From positions 54,759 to 118,758 of the forward strand of contig JAFDZV010000047.1 in NCBI GenBank assembly GCA_018266795.1: DNA of 64,000 nucleotides, given 5' to 3'. Of the stretch, positions 15,771 to 25,885 are shown one piece after another (the first letter of the stretch is position 1; each line of letters opens with the position of its first letter). The stretch is from Bacteroidota bacterium. Its GTDB lineage: Bacteria > Bacteroidota > Ignavibacteria > OLB7. The notes beneath the pieces were generated by a model. The model was not told the DNA's origin, made no database searches, and worked only from the letters and a program-made list of their open reading frames with translations. Made by a program: the position numbers and the translations under genes.

Positions 15771-18700
15771 CTACTGCTTCACGAGCTTCCTGCTCCAGCT
15801 TCGATCGCCCGCGGTTGCATCGAGCAGATAGACGCCGTTAGGGAGGGAGCGCAGGTCCAGCGTCTGCACACAATGCCCGGCAACGTGCGGGGCCTCGACG
15901 TGCATCACCTCGCGGCCGGCAAGATCCGTGATGCGCACATTCAGCGTGGCGTTGGCCGGCACGTCCGTCTCGATCGTCACAAGTCCGGTGCTCGGGTTCG
16001 GATGCAGCATGAAGGCGCCCTCACCCGCTTCCACGATCACGGAGCTGGGCAGATCCGTCACCGTGAAGGGTGCCGATGTCGCCGAGCAGCCGTTGGCATC
16101 CATCACCGAAACGATATAGGTGCCGATCGCAACGATCGGAATCGTCCCGCCCGTGACGCCGGCTATCACCGTATCGTTCCTGCGCCACTCGAGCGTGCCG
16201 ATGGCGCCGTTGTAGGTAAGGGAATCCCCCTTCCCATTCCGTGCGATCACCGGCTTGGCAGGCTTCGGGTACACCGTAACCTGCACTGCTGCGGACGATC
16301 CGGAGCAGCCGCTCCCGTTGGAGACCACCACCGTGTAGTTGCCCGGCAGCTTCACTGAAATCATCGGCGTCGTCTCGCCGGTCGACCAGCGATACGTGGC
16401 ATAGCCGCTGCCGGCATCCAGCATCACGCTGTCACCGGCACAGAACGATGTGGGGCCGATGGCGGTCACCTTCGGCTGAAGTTCCGGAGTTACCGTTACC
16501 GATACGGAGTCCGATGTGTTCGCGCATCCCTGATCGTTGCTCACGCGCACCCAGTAGGTGCCCGCCTTCCTGACCGTGATGGCGTGCGTGTTCGCGCCGG
16601 TCGACCAGATGTAGGCGCTGTATCCGGTGCCGGCATCGATGGTGACGCTGTCGCCGTTGCAGATCGCCGGGGCCTTGCTGGTGGCCAGCTTCGGCTTCGG
16701 ATTCGGGTTCACGGTCACGATCGTCGGCTGCGACGTTGCGCCGCAATCGGCGCTGTCGGCGACCGAGAGGGTGTACGCGCCGCTGGTCCGTACGGCGATG
16801 CTTCGCGTGGTTGCGCCGTTGGACCAGAGGTAGATCTTGTAGCCGGGTGGTCCGGTCAGCACAACGCTGTCACCCTCGCAGATGCTGGTTGCGCCGCCTG
16901 TCGTGATCGACGACGTCGCGCTGCAGATGGAGAAGGTGTCGATCACCCCGATCACGCTGGCATCGTTCTTCGCGGTGATGCGAATCATGGCATGGGTGGA
17001 CTTGATCTGCGGCACCGTCCAAGCAAGCGTGCCGTTGTTGCCGGTGCTCGCGCTTATCGGCGCCCACGTTCCGGTTCGCTCCGTCCAGAGTTCCACCCTG
17101 ACGCTGTCGATGCAGCCGGTGGAGGTCCAGCGTATCGTCTGGCTGCTGCCGGCGGGAACCAACTGGCCCTTCGCCGGATTCTGCGCGATCATCGTTCTCG
17201 GAGCCTCCGGCTTCGCGCTGTCCAGGTTGGAGAAGATGGAGAGGTTCGGCCCGGCGACGGACTTCACCGCGTAGACATACTCGGTGCAGTTGACCACCGC
17301 GAAATCGGTGTATCCGGTCTGCGCTCCCGAAACCGACGTCAGGAGCGTGAGCGTGGCCGGCGTGGCGCCGGGGTTCGTGCCGCGATAGATCGCGTAGGCG
17401 CTGGGAGTTGCACCCACCGGCGCGGTCCAGGCAAGGTCCACCGACGCATTGAACGGCGTTGCGATCAGATTGGTTGGTGGGAGAATGGAGATGATGCGGA
17501 ACGTGCCGCTGACCGCTGAACCGCACATCGGAATGGGATCGGCATCGGATACGCGGATCATCGCCCGCTGTGCAACGACCGCCGGCACCGTCCAGGCATA
17601 CGAGCCGGTGTTCGGCGCGGAGTTGATGATCGTTGTCCAGGTTGTGCCGTCATCGATGGAGTACTCGATCTTCACGGTGCTGTTGGTGCATGCTGCCCAC
17701 GTGATGTTGCGAACCTCGCTGCTGTGCCATTCATCCCGGTCGACCGGCGACGTTACGCGGAACATGCCCAGGCGGCCGATCATGACATCGTTCAAACCGC
17801 GTCCGGTAAGCTGGTCCGGACCGTAGACGCTCATCTGATCGACCGGCGGCGTGTAGCTGTATCGTCCCACGAAGTAGACGTTGTCGCCGTTGGCGTTGGA
17901 GGTAACGGCAACGCCGTCCTCCTGCCGGGCTCCGCCGCCGCGCCGCGCCCATGCGGGCCAGCCGTCCGGATTGTACTTCACCACGAACACATCGTTCCCC
18001 GTGCCGGAGGCTGCGTTCATTGTGAGGTCCGCCACGTAGCAAACATCCTGAAAGGTTCCGGCAACGTAGATGTTGCCGTTGCCGTCAACCGTAACGCCGT
18101 TGGCGACATCGGTGCCGGTGCCGCCGAAGCGGCGCAGCCACTGCAGTGTGCCGGCGCTGTTGAACTTGATGACGATCACATCGCGGCCGCCGATCGATCC
18201 GGTGACCGTTGTGCCGATGTTCACCGTGGAGCTGAACGAGCCGGTAACGATCACGTTCCCGCTGTTGTCGATCGCCGCTCCGCGCAGGTCGTCGGCGCTC
18301 GGGCCCACCACCGACGCGGCCCACTGGAATGCTCCCGTGGTGCTGTACCGGGCAACGAATCCGTCGTCGCCGCCGCTGTTGGTGAGCGTGGTGGCGCCGA
18401 ACGTTGCGGAGGCCGCATTGTAGCGGCCTACCATCACGCAGTTGCCGGAGCCGTCTGCAGCCACGCCGATGGCCTCGTCGTTCCCGGCACTGCCGCCCCG
18501 CTGGGCCCAGTCGAACGTGCCGGCCGGGCTGCAGCGCGCGATGAAGGCGTCCTGGAAGCCGCTGGAGACAAGCGTGCTGGGGCCGAGCGTCACGTTGCCG
18601 GCAAACGTTCCGGCCACATATGCATTGCCGGAATTGTCGATCGCGATTGCGCGCGCAACATCGCGCCCAACACTGCCGCCGCGCGTGGCCCAGAGCACCG

Positions 18701-21056
18701 TGCCGCTTGGATCGTACTTCGCCACCAGAAGGTCCGCATCGCCGCTGGAGTTCAGATTGTTCGGGCCAACGTTCGCCGTGCCGAAGAAGGCGCCGGCAAC
18801 GTAGACATTGCCGTTGGCGTCAACCGCGATGCTGTGCGCGCTGTCGTTGCCGGAGCCGCCGAAGCGCCGTGCCCAGAGCAGCCAGCCGCCCGGTGAGTAT
18901 TTCGCAACGAAGCCATCCGTGCCGCCTGCGGAGACAACGGCCACGGTGTCCAGCCAGAGCGAGTCGTTGAACGTGCCGCACACGTAGACGTTGCCGCGCG
19001 AATCGCTTGCAACACCCTGAATCTCGTCGTCCAGCACGCTTCCCCCCTTTCGCGCCCACTGCCAGTCCAGCGGGAGCGTTGCGATCGTGAACGTCTGATC
19101 GCTGACATCGCTGGTGGAGAGATTGTCGCGGTTGGCCACGCGTATGCGCGCGCGCGTGGTGGGCATTGCCGGCACCAGCCAGCTGAGCGTTCCGGTTGCG
19201 GCGGAGATGTCGGAGCGAACCGTGTACCATGTTGCGCCGTCATCGGGCGTGAAGTCGATGCGCGCAGTCGTGATGTTGGACGAGGTCCAGGTGATCGTGA
19301 CCGTCGATCCCGAACGATACACGCCGCCGCCGTTCGGAGTCGTTACGGTAACCGAGCCGCTGACGGAGCTGACGATCTCGAACGGACGCACCATGGTGTT
19401 GTTCGCCATGAACGCGTCGCCGCCCAGATTGATCGTCGCCACCACGGAGTAGCGTCCTATCAATCCCATCGAGGTGGCCGCGAAGCTTACCGATGCATTG
19501 GAGCCTGCAGCCAGTGAGGTGATGGTCTGGTTGTTGGTGTAGATCGTGTTCCCCAGGCTGTCCAGTATCGTGAGCGTGACCGTGAGATTGGACTGCGTGT
19601 TGGTGCCGCTGTTGTGGAACACCGCCTGCGGTGTGAACTGTGCGTTCTGTGCGATGGCGCCGCCCGATGCCGGCACGGAGATGTCGCTCACCGCCACGTC
19701 GTTTGCGTTGGAGTTGTTCACCGCACCGATGCAGGCCGCGGATTCTGCGCCGGCGCGGATCGTTGCAGCCACACGCGGATGGAAGTTGAGCAGTGTGCCG
19801 AACGCCGTCAGATGGCAGTAGCTCATGATCGTGCCGGTTCGCGGGTTTGTTCCGGCGAAACAGCCACCCTCCGCGGTGTAGCAGGAATCGATCGCCGGAT
19901 TCCAGTTGCAGGAATGCGTGTGCGGCGATCCGAACAGATGGCCGGTCTCATGCGAGATGACGTCGCTGTCCCATACATATGCCGTAGTGGGATAGGTCAC
20001 GTTGTTGTTCAAGCCGCTCACGGCGTATCCGAACTGCGTGTTGCAGAGCGTGTTCAGATAGGCGATGCCGCCGCCGATTGCCACTCCGGACAGCATGTGC
20101 GCAACCGTGCGCTGCGTTCCTCCCATGTTGTTGATGTAGTACGTTCTGAACTGCGGCAGCAGCGTACTGGTCGAGGTTCCGGGCCAGGGATCGGCACCGG
20201 TCCAGACGCGCAGGAAGGGAACGAAGAACTGCACGTTCACGTCGCGCTGGTAGATCGCGGACATCGCCCCAACCACAGTCAGTGCGTAGTTCGTTGCGCG
20301 GGAGAGATTGCGGTTGTGCATCGCGTAGAAGAGCGAGTCGCACTCGATCGCGAGCTGTGGCGCAAGCAGCGTGTTGCTCTGAACATGCGCCTGGGCATGC
20401 TTGTCCTTCCGGTTCATGCTGGTGAACACCTGGTTCACCGCGTCCTGATAGCCCGGCACCTCCTCGGAGCCACAGTGCCACTGTCCTCCCTCCAGGAACT
20501 GCGGCGACTGCATTGCAAGCGCCTGATGCTCGTCGTACGTCACCATCACCGAAGGAGCGCCGTCGTGCAGCTCGAGCGGAGCGATCGTGAAGCGGGCGGT
20601 CGCCTCACGGCCGAAGGGAATCTCGATATAACCGGAGCAGTAATCGTGAAAGATCGCCAGGTAGATGAACGATCCCGGGATCTCCTCCACGGTTCCCTTG
20701 CAGAAGATGCCGGGATCCGGAGTGAACGGGCGATCGGCCCCGTTGAGCTGCCCCGTAACCGTTACGGCGTTGTTTGCCAGCACCTGGAACCGGTCCAGCA
20801 TCAGCGTGCCCCGTTGCGCCGTGTTGATCGGGAAGTCCGGCAACACGATTCGCGTTGGGCCGGAGACGGCCACACGGTTGAACGCCTGCGGATCGATTGT
20901 GAAGAATGTTGCCGTTGCAGGGATCGGCTTGCTGTATGCGGGACGAGGTTGTGAGACGAACAGACCGCGTGCCGGACTCTCCTGGCTGTTCTGAGCCCGA
21001 ACGAGTGCGGACGTACAACAAGCGAGGAACATGGTGACGAGGAAGAGCTGCTTCAT
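15771..21056 (-). CDS. Giant secreted metzincin-family zinc metalloprotease (HExxHxxGxxH, M43/cytophagalysin-like) fused to SBBP beta-propeller repeats, Ig-like domains and a T9SS C-terminal sorting domain
   Basis: Start at the internal ATG giving signal peptide MKQLFLVTMFLACCTSALVRAQ (the track ORF extends 21 codons further). Zinc motif ISHETGHLFGSPHTH plus Met-turn-like GTIMSYC. About 9 repeats of the SGNVYVAG/GxxxDxxxxI type (beta-propeller). Repeated about 85-aa Ig-like modules with CxGDSV. C-terminal LHPNPSTGLVTIE...GVYLLDATAGDRSWSRKLVKQ is the T9SS CTD. Confidence 0.85.
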   Translation of the reverse strand: MKQLFLVTMFLACCTSALVRAQNSQESPARGLFVSQPRPAYSKPIPATATFFTIDPQAFNRVAVSGPTRIVLPDFPINTAQRGTLMLDRFQVLANNAVTVTGQLNGADRPFTPDPGIFCKGTVEEIPGSFIYLAIFHDYCSGYIEIPFGREATARFTIAPLELHDGAPSVMVTYDEHQALAMQSPQFLEGGQWHCGSEEVPGYQDAVNQVFTSMNRKDKHAQAHVQSNTLLAPQLAIECDSLFYAMHNRNLSRATNYALTVVGAMSAIYQRDVNVQFFVPFLRVWTGADPWPGTSTSTLLPQFRTYYINNMGGTQRTVAHMLSGVAIGGGIAYLNTLCNTQFGYAVSGLNNNVTYPTTAYVWDSDVISHETGHLFGSPHTHSCNWNPAIDSCYTAEGGCFAGTNPRTGTIMSYCHLTAFGTLLNFHPRVAATIRAGAESAACIGAVNNSNANDVAVSDISVPASGGAIAQNAQFTPQAVFHNSGTNTQSNLTVTLTILDSLGNTIYTNNQTITSLAAGSNASVSFAATSMGLIGRYSVVATINLGGDAFMANNTMVRPFEIVSSVSGSVTVTTPNGGGVYRSGSTVTITWTSSNITTARIDFTPDDGATWYTVRSDISAATGTLSWLVPAMPTTRARIRVANRDNLSTSDVSDQTFTIATLPLDWQWARKGGSVLDDEIQGVASDSRGNVYVCGTFNDSLWLDTVAVVSAGGTDGFVAKYSPGGWLLWARRFGGSGNDSAHSIAVDANGNVYVAGAFFGTANVGPNNLNSSGDADLLVAKYDPSGTVLWATRGGSVGRDVARAIAIDNSGNAYVAGTFAGNVTLGPSTLVSSGFQDAFIARCSPAGTFDWAQRGGSAGNDEAIGVAADGSGNCVMVGRYNAASATFGATTLTNSGGDDGFVARYSTTGAFQWAASVVGPSADDLRGAAIDNSGNVIVTGSFSSTVNIGTTVTGSIGGRDVIVIKFNSAGTLQWLRRFGGTGTDVANGVTVDGNGNIYVAGTFQDVCYVADLTMNAASGTGNDVFVVKYNPDGWPAWARRGGGARQEDGVAVTSNANGDNVYFVGRYSYTPPVDQMSVYGPDQLTGRGLNDVMIGRLGMFRVTSPVDRDEWHSSEVRNITWAACTNSTVKIEYSIDDGTTWTTIINSAPNTGSYAWTVPAVVAQRAMIRVSDADPIPMCGSAVSGTFRIISILPPTNLIATPFNASVDLAWTAPVGATPSAYAIYRGTNPGATPATLTLLTSVSGAQTGYTDFAVVNCTEYVYAVKSVAGPNLSIFSNLDSAKPEAPRTMIAQNPAKGQLVPAGSSQTIRWTSTGCIDSVRVELWTERTGTWAPISASTGNNGTLAWTVPQIKSTHAMIRITAKNDASVIGVIDTFSICSATSSITTGGATSICEGDSVVLTGPPGYKIYLWSNGATTRSIAVRTSGAYTLSVADSADCGATSQPTIVTVNPNPKPKLATSKAPAICNGDSVTIDAGTGYSAYIWSTGANTHAITVRKAGTYWVRVSNDQGCANTSDSVSVTVTPELQPKVTAIGPTSFCAGDSVMLDAGSGYATYRWSTGETTPMISVKLPGNYTVVVSNGSGCSGSSAAVQVTVYPKPAKPVIARNGKGDSLTYNGAIGTLEWRRNDTVIAGVTGGTIPIVAIGTYIVSVMDANGCSATSAPFTVTDLPSSVIVEAGEGAFMLHPNPSTGLVTIETDVPANATLNVRITDLAGREVMHVEAPHVAGHCVQTLDLRSLPNGVYLLDATAGDRSWSRKLVKQ

Positions 21057-21588
21057 GGGACACGTACCGGTTTGTATGAACGCTCGGATGCGCTGATGCC
21101 AACAGGATTGGGCGATCACACGCCGACCATGAGACGCAAGTGCCCTGCTGCTTCCAACGTCCCGCTCCGCAAGGCCCGCAGGCGAATGAGCGCGTTCCTG
21201 ACGTTGATGGAAGCCTGTGAAAGCACGACCCGCGGCGAGACGATTACGTCACTGCATTCAAACAACGCTGTGCCACGAAGGTGACGCTGATATTACTCGG
21301 ATGCCGACAGTAGCATCGATGTTCAATCTCTCGCACCAGAGATCCGATTCGCCGCCACCACGGACCTCGGCGGACGATATCGTTGCGCTCCATTAAGAGC
21401 GGACAGGAAATATAAATTCCTTCCGTGAGGATTTCACCCTAAAAGTCCGCTGGGTGCGGTTGTGCAGGCGTATTCGGAACCACGCGGTGCGGGGAGTACA
21501 CCCTGAATGTAGAGCGCCGGCATGCGGTGGTATATTGCGCCCGCCGAAGCAGGCGCTCATACTCCGGTCTCTCATCCATCCCAACTGC

Positions 21589-22494
21589 ATGGAGCAGCTT
21601 CTTCTTCTCGGAATTTGTTTTGTTGTCGGGCTGATTCTGGGAAAGGCCCGGCGATTCGGAGATGCCGGGCCCAGGGCATTGAATGCCTTCATCATCCATG
21701 TTTCCCTTCCGGCGCTGGTGCTTCTGCGTCTCCACTCGCTTGCGTTCGATCGCACGCTGATCGTTCCGATCCTCACTCCCTGGATTCTCTTCTTCCTTGG
21801 CGCGGCTCTCTTTTATCTCCTGGGAGCGCGCCTCGGGCTGGCGGGCCGGACCATCGGCTGCCTGATGCTGGTTGGCGGGCTGGGCAATACCTCCTTCATG
21901 GGGCTTCCGATGATCGAGGCGATGTACGGGCGCCACGCGCTTGCGTACGGTATTCTCGTGGACCAGCCGGGAACATTCCTGATCCTCTCCACGTTCGGCA
22001 TGGCTATCGCGGCACGATATGCAGGGGGCGACAGCGGATGGCGGGCGGTCGTGCGCCGCGTGCTTCTCTTCCCCCCCTTCATCGCGTTCGTCCTCTCTCT
22101 TCCGCTCCTTCCGATTTCGTATCCCGATGCGATAGCCGGTGTGCTGGGGCGTCTGGCGGACACGCTCGCGCCACTGGCCCTGGTTTCCGTCGGGTTGCAG
22201 CTGGCCACCACGAGGCTCGCCGGCAATGCCGGGAATCTTCTTCTGGGTCTTTCCTACAAGATGGTGCTTGCGCCGATCATCCTCCTGGTGATTCTGTACG
22301 CCGTGGTTGGCACCGGCGCGCTTTCGGTACAGGTATCGCTGTTCGAGGCGGCCATGCCGCCGATGATAACCGCGGGAATCGTGGCGATCGAAAACGATCT
22401 GGATCCGCCGCTGGCGGCGCTGATGGTAGGCGTTGGCGTTCCCGTGGCCTTCCTCACGCTCCCGCTGTGGCATGCGGTGCTGGCGCGGTTGTAA
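21589..22494 (+). CDS. AEC (auxin efflux carrier/malate permease) family transporter
   Basis: Start at internal ATG (MEQLLLLGICFVVGLILG). About 10 TM helices. Typical AEC family features (LPALVLL, GLGNTSFMGLPMIEAMYG). Confidence 0.85.
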   Translation: MEQLLLLGICFVVGLILGKARRFGDAGPRALNAFIIHVSLPALVLLRLHSLAFDRTLIVPILTPWILFFLGAALFYLLGARLGLAGRTIGCLMLVGGLGNTSFMGLPMIEAMYGRHALAYGILVDQPGTFLILSTFGMAIAARYAGGDSGWRAVVRRVLLFPPFIAFVLSLPLLPISYPDAIAGVLGRLADTLAPLALVSVGLQLATTRLAGNAGNLLLGLSYKMVLAPIILLVILYAVVGTGALSVQVSLFEAAMPPMITAGIVAIENDLDPPLAALMVGVGVPVAFLTLPLWHAVLARL

Positions 22495-22648
22495 CACTCT
22501 TCGTTATTGTCCGTGTGCCGGAGTTGTGGTAATCTAGCAGGTCTAATCCCCACGCAAGCCGGTGGCACGAGCCGTTTCGGAGGTCTCCCGGCATTGTTTT
22601 CAAAACGTACCAACATCATACATCCAACTTTCAGGAGAAGAGAACGCA

Positions 22649-23431
22649 ATGAAATTCATCATCGCAGCCCTCGCGCTCTCGGTTGCGCTCGCGGCATGCC
22701 AGGATGGTGCAGCAGGGGGCGGCTCCCACGCGCTCAAGTCCAATGACGACAGCGTAAGCTATGCCATCGGCATGAACATGGGTCAGGGAATAAAGCGGGA
22801 TTCGTTGAAGATCGATCCCGATGTCATGGTTCAGGGCATCAAGGACGCCATGGCCAGCAAGGCCGTCATGAAGGACTCGGTTGCGCAGGCGGTTCTGATG
22901 AGCTTCCAGATGAAGATGATGCAGAAGCAGCAGGAGCGCCAGCAGAAGCAGCAGGACAGCATGAGCAAGGCCGGCGAGGAGAACAAGAAGAAGGCCACGG
23001 CATTCCTGGAGCAGAACAAGACCAAGCCGGGTGTCGTTACGCTCGCCAGCGGATTGCAGTACCAGGTGATCACGGACGGCAGCGGTCCTGTACCGAAGGG
23101 AACCGACAATGTGAAGGTGAACTACAAGGGCACGCTGCTGGACGGCACCGTGTTCGACAGTTCGGACAAGAACGGCCCGGCCACGTTCAACGCGAGCGGC
23201 GTGATCCCCGGTTGGAGCGAGGCGTTGAAGCTGATGAAGGTCGGCAGCAAGTGGCGTCTCTGGATTCCGCCGGACCTGGGCTACGGCATGGCGCCTCCTC
23301 CCGGCGGCAAGATTCCTTCCGGTGCGCTCCTCACCTTCGAGGTGGAGTTGCTCGACATCGTGAAGGAGAAGCCGGGTGCAGCACCGGCACCGGCACCGGC
23401 GCCACCAACGGCACCGGGTGCACACAAGTAA
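22649..23431 (+). CDS. FKBP-type peptidyl-prolyl cis-trans isomerase (FkpA/Mip-like) lipoprotein
   Basis: RBS aggagaag, then ATG. Lipobox ALSVALAAC. N-terminal coiled-coil dimerisation region. FKBP domain VNYKGTLLDGTVFDSS...GVIPGWSEALKLMKVGSKWRLWIPPDLGYG...LTFEVELLDI. Confidence 0.85.
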   Translation: MKFIIAALALSVALAACQDGAAGGGSHALKSNDDSVSYAIGMNMGQGIKRDSLKIDPDVMVQGIKDAMASKAVMKDSVAQAVLMSFQMKMMQKQQERQQKQQDSMSKAGEENKKKATAFLEQNKTKPGVVTLASGLQYQVITDGSGPVPKGTDNVKVNYKGTLLDGTVFDSSDKNGPATFNASGVIPGWSEALKLMKVGSKWRLWIPPDLGYGMAPPPGGKIPSGALLTFEVELLDIVKEKPGAAPAPAPAPPTAPGAHK

Positions 23432-23587
23432 GAGCGCGGCAACGCCGTGCATCGATGGGGAGCGCCCGCCGCGGGCGCTCCCCTTTTCGCTCGTACCCAT
23501 TCTCCGCTGTCTGTATCCGGCAGCCTCCTCCGATGCCGCTGCGCCGTTCGGTGCGTTGCGGCAGATCGCAACAGCTCCGAGAGTCTC

Positions 23588-24508
23588 ATGCAACGACTCC
23601 TCGTTCCGAGTGTCATCCTGTTCCTGAGCATGGCCGGCATGCTGGCGGCTCAAGGTGCGAATCCGTCTCCACGTCTCGAAAACGATCGCGACAGCCTGAG
23701 CTATGCGGTTGGTCTTGACGTGGTGGCGCAGGATCTGCCGCGCGTGCATGCGGACTCGTTGCGCCGCCGCCTTGACCTGTTCATCGCCGGTGTGCGTGAG
23801 GGTGCCGCCGGCACCGATGTTCCGAACGATTCCGTCGCCAGGCTCCTTGCCGGATCGCTCAACAGAGGCGCCTTCGTCTCCGACAGTCTCAGTCGTACAG
23901 CCGGCATCGTCCTGATGCGGCTGCTTCGCAACGCCCGCGCCGAATCCGGAATCGATGTCGATCCGGAGATCATGATCGCCGGGATTCGCGATGGATGGAA
24001 CAACGCGCCGCGCATTGACGCGAGGCTTCAGCGGCTGCTGATGAGCGCCGCGAACGATCGCGCGGCCGAGGCGCGTCTGAAACACGATGCGTTCCGTCGC
24101 GACAGCCTCTACATGTTCAACTTCCCGGCGTCGCGCGCCTTCATGGCGAAGCATGCACTGGGGAGCCATGTGGTGGCGGTCGATGACGATGTGCACTACG
24201 AAGTGATAAGCCTGGGTAGGGGAAGCAGTCCGAAGGAGGGAGACCGCGTCACCGTCCGCTATCGCGGCACGCTGCTGGACGGCCGCGGGTTTGTCGACAC
24301 GCGGGATGGCTCCGGCTCGCCGCACGTTCGGGTTGGCGCGGCAACTCCCGGAATCGGTCCGGTGCTGTTGCGGATGACGCCGGGAGAACGATGCCGTGTG
24401 ACAACCATACTCCCGCGCGCCAATGCAGCCTACTGGAACGGTGCGCCGCCCGGCGCGGTGCTTCAGTTCGATCTGGAGCTCGTGGCGGTTGACAACGGTG
24501 GGAAGTAG
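23588..24508 (+). CDS. FKBP-type peptidyl-prolyl cis-trans isomerase, paralog 2 (Mip-like, divergent)
   Basis: Signal peptide MQRLLVPSVILFLSMAGMLAAQG at internal ATG. C-terminal FKBP domain VRYRGTLLDGRGFVDT...LQFDLELVAV. Confidence 0.8.
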   Translation: MQRLLVPSVILFLSMAGMLAAQGANPSPRLENDRDSLSYAVGLDVVAQDLPRVHADSLRRRLDLFIAGVREGAAGTDVPNDSVARLLAGSLNRGAFVSDSLSRTAGIVLMRLLRNARAESGIDVDPEIMIAGIRDGWNNAPRIDARLQRLLMSAANDRAAEARLKHDAFRRDSLYMFNFPASRAFMAKHALGSHVVAVDDDVHYEVISLGRGSSPKEGDRVTVRYRGTLLDGRGFVDTRDGSGSPHVRVGAATPGIGPVLLRMTPGERCRVTTILPRANAAYWNGAPPGAVLQFDLELVAVDNGGK

Positions 24509-24768
24509 TAGTTTTGAGTTCCTGAACGGAGCGGCCTGCTGTTGTCGTTCCTGCTGGCGGACGATGGCCGGGGCATTCCTACAGCCGATTGACTGTTCCT
24601 GCGGAGCCGGTTGTGCAGCGTGCCCGTGGGTGCGTCGTGCCGGTGAATTGCGGAACGCGTAGTGCAGCGCGGTGGTTCCGCTCAGATTGCTCGGGGTTCG
24701 CTTCGCAGCGTTTCGAGATAGAACGTGCAACTCACAGTAACTGAAACAATATCGATGAAGGACAAGGA

Positions 24769-25458
24769 ATGAAGAGAGCAATGATCCTGGCGGCGTTCGT
24801 GGCCGTTGCGGCAACGATGGCCGCACACGCCCAGGCGCCGGTGCCGCTGAAGACCAATGTGGACAGCATCAGCTATGCGATCGGTGTGCAGGTTGGCAGC
24901 AGTCTGCGCCAGCAGTCCATCGAGATCAAGAACGAAGTGTTCATGAAGGGACTGCAGGACGCGATCGCCAACAAGGGAATGCAGCTCACGGCCGCCGACA
25001 TGCAGCAGTGTCTCGGCGCGCTTCAGCAGAAGGTACAGAAGCAGCAGGCCGAGGAAGCCGCCAAGGCGGGTGAGAAGAACAAGAAGGATGGCGATGCGTT
25101 CCTCGCAGAGAACAAGAAGCGCAAAGGCGTGGTCACGCTCCCCAGCGGCCTGCAGTACGAAGTGCTGAAGGAAGGAAACGGCGCGAAGCCCACCGACGCA
25201 AGCGAGGTGAGCGTTCACTACCGCGGCACGCTTGTGGACGGTACCGTGTTCGACAGCTCGATCGATCGCGGCGAGCCGGCAACGTTCAAGGTTGGCGGCG
25301 TGATCAAGGGATGGACCGAGGCGCTGAAGCTGATGAAGGCCGGATCGAAGTGGAAGCTGTTCATTCCCCCGGATCTTGCATACGGCGAGCAGGGCACGGG
25401 GCCAATCGGACCGAACTCCACGCTCATCTTCGAGGTGGAACTGCTGTCGGTGAAGTAG
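24769..25458 (+). CDS. FKBP-type peptidyl-prolyl cis-trans isomerase, paralog 3 (FkpA/FklB-like)
   Basis: Signal peptide MKRAMILAAFVAVAATMAAHAQA. FKBP domain VHYRGTLVDGTVFDSS...GGVIKGWTEALKLMKAGSKWKLFIPPDLAYG...LIFEVELLSV. Confidence 0.85.
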   Translation: MKRAMILAAFVAVAATMAAHAQAPVPLKTNVDSISYAIGVQVGSSLRQQSIEIKNEVFMKGLQDAIANKGMQLTAADMQQCLGALQQKVQKQQAEEAAKAGEKNKKDGDAFLAENKKRKGVVTLPSGLQYEVLKEGNGAKPTDASEVSVHYRGTLVDGTVFDSSIDRGEPATFKVGGVIKGWTEALKLMKAGSKWKLFIPPDLAYGEQGTGPIGPNSTLIFEVELLSVK

Positions 25459-25611
25459 GAACGAGCTTCCCGGAGAATGCCTCCTGCCGATGACGGCCGG
25501 CATTGGTCACCGCGAAGCAGCGCCGAAGGCAATCCTTCCCGCTCAACGTACGGACCCATGCGGCCGGGTGAGGCCAACCCGCAAAGGCCGCCACGGCTTC
25601 GCCGCGCGAGG

Positions 25612-25643
25612 CCGGGCAATGACCCACCTGGGTCATTGCCCGG
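25612..25643. repeat. Perfect 15-bp inverted repeat (ccgggcaatgaccca cc tgggtcattgcccgg) in the fkbp3-DUF3293 intergenic region
   Basis: Seen directly in the sequence. No T-run follows. The right arm is also the start of the first of two about 42-bp imperfect direct repeats (25630..25671 and 25691..25733, roughly 75% identical). Confidence 0.8.
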
Positions 25644-25885
25644 GAATACCTTGATGCAGTCGAGGTTGAAGTTCTCGCGAAGACTACGGTGAGTCATTGC
25701 CGAGGGATGCCTTGGCATAGTCGAGGTTCAGCGCGCACAGCGGCTGCCGGGATGCCTGTTGGTTCCAGGAGCCGGCGTACGCCGCGGCCGGAGCAGTAGT
25801 ACGTGAGCGCCATGCCGGATTCGTCCGGTGTGGCGCTTCGCATTTGGTGATCGTTCAATCGAACAGATGCAGACCAGGGAGAGTG

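Noticed and set aside
21120-21588. Possible mobile element, integrase or transposase in the low-GC divergent region upstream of the AEC transporter
   Set aside because: No ORF has transposase or integrase motifs and there are no terminal inverted repeats. Interpreted as an ordinary AT-richer divergent promoter region.
22631-24826. 731-aa minus-strand ORF spanning the FKBP gene cluster
   Set aside because: Arg/Ala/Pro-rich, with no motifs. It is antisense to three well-supported FKBP genes with signal peptides and an RBS. Typical high-GC antisense open frame.
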